Shown: piece after piece, positions 60,325-64,000 of the stretch
How positions within the stretch are numbered: the stretch's first letter is position 1
Layout of the letters: each line of letters begins with the position of its first letter
Assembly (NCBI GenBank): GCA_002269645.1
Contig: NIVC01002258.1
Location: forward strand, 124,001-188,000
Direction of reading: 5' to 3'
Length of the DNA stretch: 64,000 nt
Source of the DNA: Macrostomum lignano
Taxonomy: Eukaryota
Made by a program: the position numbers and the translations under genes
Notes under the pieces: model-generated
What the model saw: only the letters and a program-made list of their open reading frames with translations
Told to the model about the DNA's origin: nothing
The model's database searches: none

Positions 60325-61810
60325 AGTGACTCTCCAGCAGCGGGTCGGAAGTGACTCTTAATAAAGGAACGGGTCAGGAGTGACTCTCAAGCAGGGAGCG
60401 GGTCAGGAGTGACTCTCAAGCAGGAAGCGGGTCAGGAGTAACTCTCAATAAAGGAGTGGGTCAGGAGTGACTCTCAAGCAGGGAGCGGGTCAGGAGTGAC
60501 TCTCAAGCAGGGAGCGGGTCAGGAGTGACTCTCAAGCAGGGAGCGGGTCAGGAGTGACTCTCAAGCAGGGAGCGGGTCAGGAGTGACTCTCAAGCAGGGA
60601 GCGGGTCAGGAGTGACTCTCAAGCAGGGAGCGGGTCAGGAGTGACTCTCAAGCAGGGAGCGGGTCAGGAGTGACTCTCAAGCAGGGAGCGGGTCAGGAGT
60701 GACTCTCAAGCAGCGAGCGGTCAGGAGTGACTTTCAAGCAGGGAGTGGGTCAGGAGTGACTCTCAAGCAGGGAGCGGGTCAGGAGTGACTCTCAAGCAGG
60801 GAATGAGTCAGGAGTGACTCTCAAGCAGCGAGCGGGTCAGGAGTGACTCTCAAGCAGGGAGCGGGTCAGGAGTGACTCTCAAGCAGGGAGCGGGTCAGGA
60901 GTGACTCTCAAGCAGCGAGGGGTCAGGAGTGACTTTCAAGCAGGGAGTGGGTCAGGAGTGACTTTCAAGCAGGGAGTGGGTCAGGAAGTGACTCTCAAGC
61001 AGGGAGTGGGTCAGGAGTGACTCTCAAGCAGGGAATGAGTCAGGAGTGACTCTCAAGCAGGGAGTGGGTCAGGAGTGACTCTCAAGCAGGGAGTGGGTCA
61101 GGAGTGACTCTCAAGCAGGGAATGAGTCAGGAGTGACTCTCAAGCAGGGAGTGGGTCAGGAGTGACTCTCAAGCAGGGAATGAGTCAGGAGTGACTCTCA
61201 AGCAGGGAATGAGTCAGGAGTGACTTTCAATAAAGCAGCGGGTCAGGAGTGACTCTCAAGCAGGGAGTGGGTCAGGAAGTGACTCTCAAGCAGGGAGTGG
61301 GTCAGGAGTGACTCTCAAGCAGGGAATGAGTCAGGAGTGACTCTCAAGCAGGGAATGAGTCAGGAGTGACTCTCAAGCAGGGAATGAGTCAGGAGTGACT
61401 TTCAATAAAGCAGCGGGTCAGGAGTGACTCTCAAGCAGGGAGTGGGTCAGGAAGTGACTCTCAAGCAGGGAGTGGGTCAGGAGTGACTCTCAAGCAGGGA
61501 ATGAGTCAGGAGTGACTCTCAAGCAGGGAATGAGTCAGGAGTGACTTTCAATAAAGCAGCGGGTCAGGAGTGACTCTCAAGCAGGAATGAGTCAGGAGTG
61601 ACTCTCAAGCAGGGAATGAGTCAGGAGTGACTTTCAATAAAGCAGCGGGTCAGGAGTGACTCTCAAGCAGGGAATGAGTCAGGAGTGACTCTCAAGCAGG
61701 GAGTTGGTCAGGAGTGACTCTCAAGCAGGGAATGAGTCAGGAGTGACTTTCAAATAAAGCAGCGGGTCAGGAGTGACTCTCAATATAGGAGCGGGTCAGG
61801 AGTGACTCTG
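60325..61810. repeat. 29-bp minisatellite (gggtcaggagtgactctcaagcagggagc)
   Basis: Read directly. Confidence 0.96.
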
Positions 61811-61888
61811 CAAGCAGGGACTGAATTTGAATACGATAAGAAGTTTCATTACCATTTCAAAAATAGAAAACGCTCTAAAATTTTGCAG

Positions 61889-62076
61889 GTAGCGCAGAGC
61901 CGACCTGTACGGCGCCATCGGCGGCTGCGCGCTCCAGCATCTCCTCTTCATCTACTGTGCGCGCCGGCAGTGGCGCCGGGTTAGCGGCGCTGTCCGCTGG
62001 TGGGACTGATTGCTGGCTCACGCCGAACTGGCAGCGGCGTCGGGGCTCCTCTAGTGACAGCGGCTTCATCAGCCAG
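61889..62076 (+). CDS. MTSS1: MTSS1/MIM-like exon 5
   Basis: Ends SSSDSGFISQ|D, matching the MTSS1 motif SSHDSGFISQD. Acceptor ttttgcag, donor cag|gtgagt. Confidence 0.9.
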
Positions 62077-62449
62077 GTGAGTTTTTCAGCTCGAAAGGAT
62101 TGTAGCTCTAGTGTGACTCTGGGGTGACTCTTGTGTGACTTTTTAACGACTGTTGAATCTATGAAATCAGATTCGCATTTCGCATTTATAACAACTCTAT
62201 TTAGTCTACTTGAGTTAGTAGAATGTCAAGCGCTAACAGGGCAATTCTTGGACGACTTTTTGCGCCTCTTTTACGATTCTGCAACTCGCGTGACTCAACA
62301 GTCGCCTCTCCATCGCATTGCAGTCGGTTGAGTCGTTCAAAAGCCACACAAGAGTCGCCTCAGAGCCGCCTCAGAGTCGTGAGGCAGTTTTTATATTCGT
62401 GCATTTCTCAAATCAATAAGCGGGTTTGTTTCGTCACTTTTTAAACCAG

Positions 62450-63220
62450 GATCTTCGTCCAGCAACCGACGCTGTCGAAGGCGACCAAGAGAACGCCAAC
62501 AGCGTCGCCGCTGATGCAGCCGCCGCCGTCGCCGACTCAGCCGACTATGCTGAAGCTGACGCCGCCTCGGTGACTTCGTCAACGTCGGCAACCAGCGATA
62601 CGCCGGTGGCGGCGCCGCCAGCAAACGACGTCGACCAGGATGAGCCCAGACTCCGACATCCGCACAGGCAGCGGCAGCAGCAGCAGCAGCAGCTGTACCC
62701 GGACCAGAGTCTGCCAGCCCCGGCAGTCTACTCCAACCTCGGCGAATTGCAACGCAACGCCGCTCGGCGTCGAAAATTCTCGTTTTCATCGACTAGCAGC
62801 AGCTCCGCCGTGGCAGCCTCCACCACCGCTGCTACGGAGACTTCGCACTCGGTTGTCGCCGCGACTCCTCCACCGAGGCCGCCGCCGCCGCTGCCGCTGC
62901 CACCACCGCCGCCACCGCCGTCGAGTCTGTCCATGGCCGCCTCGTCGGCTTCAATGCTGCGCTCAGCCGGCGGCACGGCAACTCTGCGCCGGGCCTCCGT
63001 CGATTTCTCCTCGTCGGCCTACCTGACCGCCGTAGCCGCCGCCGCTGTCGCCTCAGCATCCTCTGCCGGATCGACATCGGCGTCGACTGCCGGAGTCGTC
63101 CCGGTTCCGCCGCGACTGTGCCGTTCTGGCAGCGCCAGATCTCAGAGCCTCCGCCGCCGCCGCCTCCACCGCCTCCTCATAGCAACAGCCGCCTGCTCAG
63201 CAGTCAGAATCGGCGCTTCT

Positions 63221-63293
<73 letters not shown>

Positions 63294-63522
63294 GCAGCAA
63301 CAGCAGCATTATCAGTCCTTGTCCTTCCGAAGATTCATCGGTTCGTTTGGATCTTCCTCCTCCGCTTCTTCATTCAGTGCTGGGCAGTCAGTTAGTAATA
63401 GCAACTATAGTACTAGCAGTTTTACTAATAGTAATAATAGTAGTAATAATAATAATATTAATAATATCAACGATGGCGCTTTGACACCAACGTCACCTCC
63501 GCCTCCGCCTCCTGGATTCTGA
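62450..63522 (+). CDS. MTSS1: MTSS1/MIM-like terminal exon (C-terminal frame ambiguous: stop at 63484 or 63522)
   Basis: Acceptor aaaccag|gat, in frame with exon 5. Low-complexity Ala/Ser/Pro tail. After about 63100 the -1 frame looks more protein-like. Confidence 0.7.
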
Positions 63523-63744
63523 ATTTGATCGCTGATTTATTGACTGATTCTTTTAGTAGAAGAAGAATACGAAAATATGCCAGTCTAGCTTGTGTTTTCA
63601 GACCGCGCAGGTTGCGGCCTGTGTTTGCACCGGCAGTTTGAAAACCTTCTTTTGCCAATTCTTTGGACTATTTTGATCCATCTAATTCACCTAATAATCC
63701 GTGAAAGCTTGTAACATGCAGCTTCATTTTATTTGAATGTAGCT

Positions 63745-64000
63745 CTGTCTCTCGTGTCTCTCTTGTGCCTCTCTCGTGTCTCTCGTGTCTCTCTTGTGCC
63801 TCTCTCGTGTCTCTCGTGTCTCTCTCGTGCCTCTCTCGTGTCTCTCGTGTCTCTCTTGTGCCTCTCTCGTGTCCCTCGTGTCTCTCCTGTCTCGTGTCTC
63901 TCGCGTCTCTCGTATCTCTCGTGCCCCTCTCGTGTCTCTCTTGTGCCTCTCTCGTGTCTCTCGTGTCTCTCTCGTGCCTCTCTCGTGTCTCTCGTGTCTC
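63745..64000. repeat. (tctcgtgtc/tctcttgtgcc) simple repeat running off the window
   Basis: Read directly. Confidence 0.93.

Overview
Repeat-rich eukaryotic (metazoan) genomic DNA with spliceosomal introns and no prokaryotic features. The poly-Q/A/P exons and the private minisatellite in nearly every long intron resemble a Macrostomum-type flatworm genome (inference only). Four host loci can be reconstructed with phase-consistent GT-AG junctions. (1) A KANK-family gene (+, 5 coding exons, 5487-30878, about 1392 aa). (2) The 3' exons of an unidentified single-pass membrane protein (-, 38263-39481). (3) A multi-CUB-like type I membrane protein (-, 42446-45865). (4) An MTSS1/MIM I-BAR gene (+, 52231 to about 63520). 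Mobile DNA includes a full-length, nearly intact LOA-clade-like non-LTR retrotransposon (12053-17555, -) inserted into an intronic minisatellite with a 14-bp TSD, a decayed RTE LINE, a decayed MULE transposase, a P-superfamily-like MITE and other hairpin elements. The most notable hidden signals are RNA-level. An HDV-like ribozyme fold starts exactly at the first nucleotide of the LOA element. A 326-bp TSD-flanked hairpin carries a Penelope-type hammerhead ribozyme on each strand. Two 36-nt micro-insertions share the LOA element's 3' tail. A 10-kb 22-bp satellite with higher-order structure fills KANK intron 4. Most ORF-track entries are repeat or antisense artefacts. All family assignments rest on recalled motifs, not on database searches.
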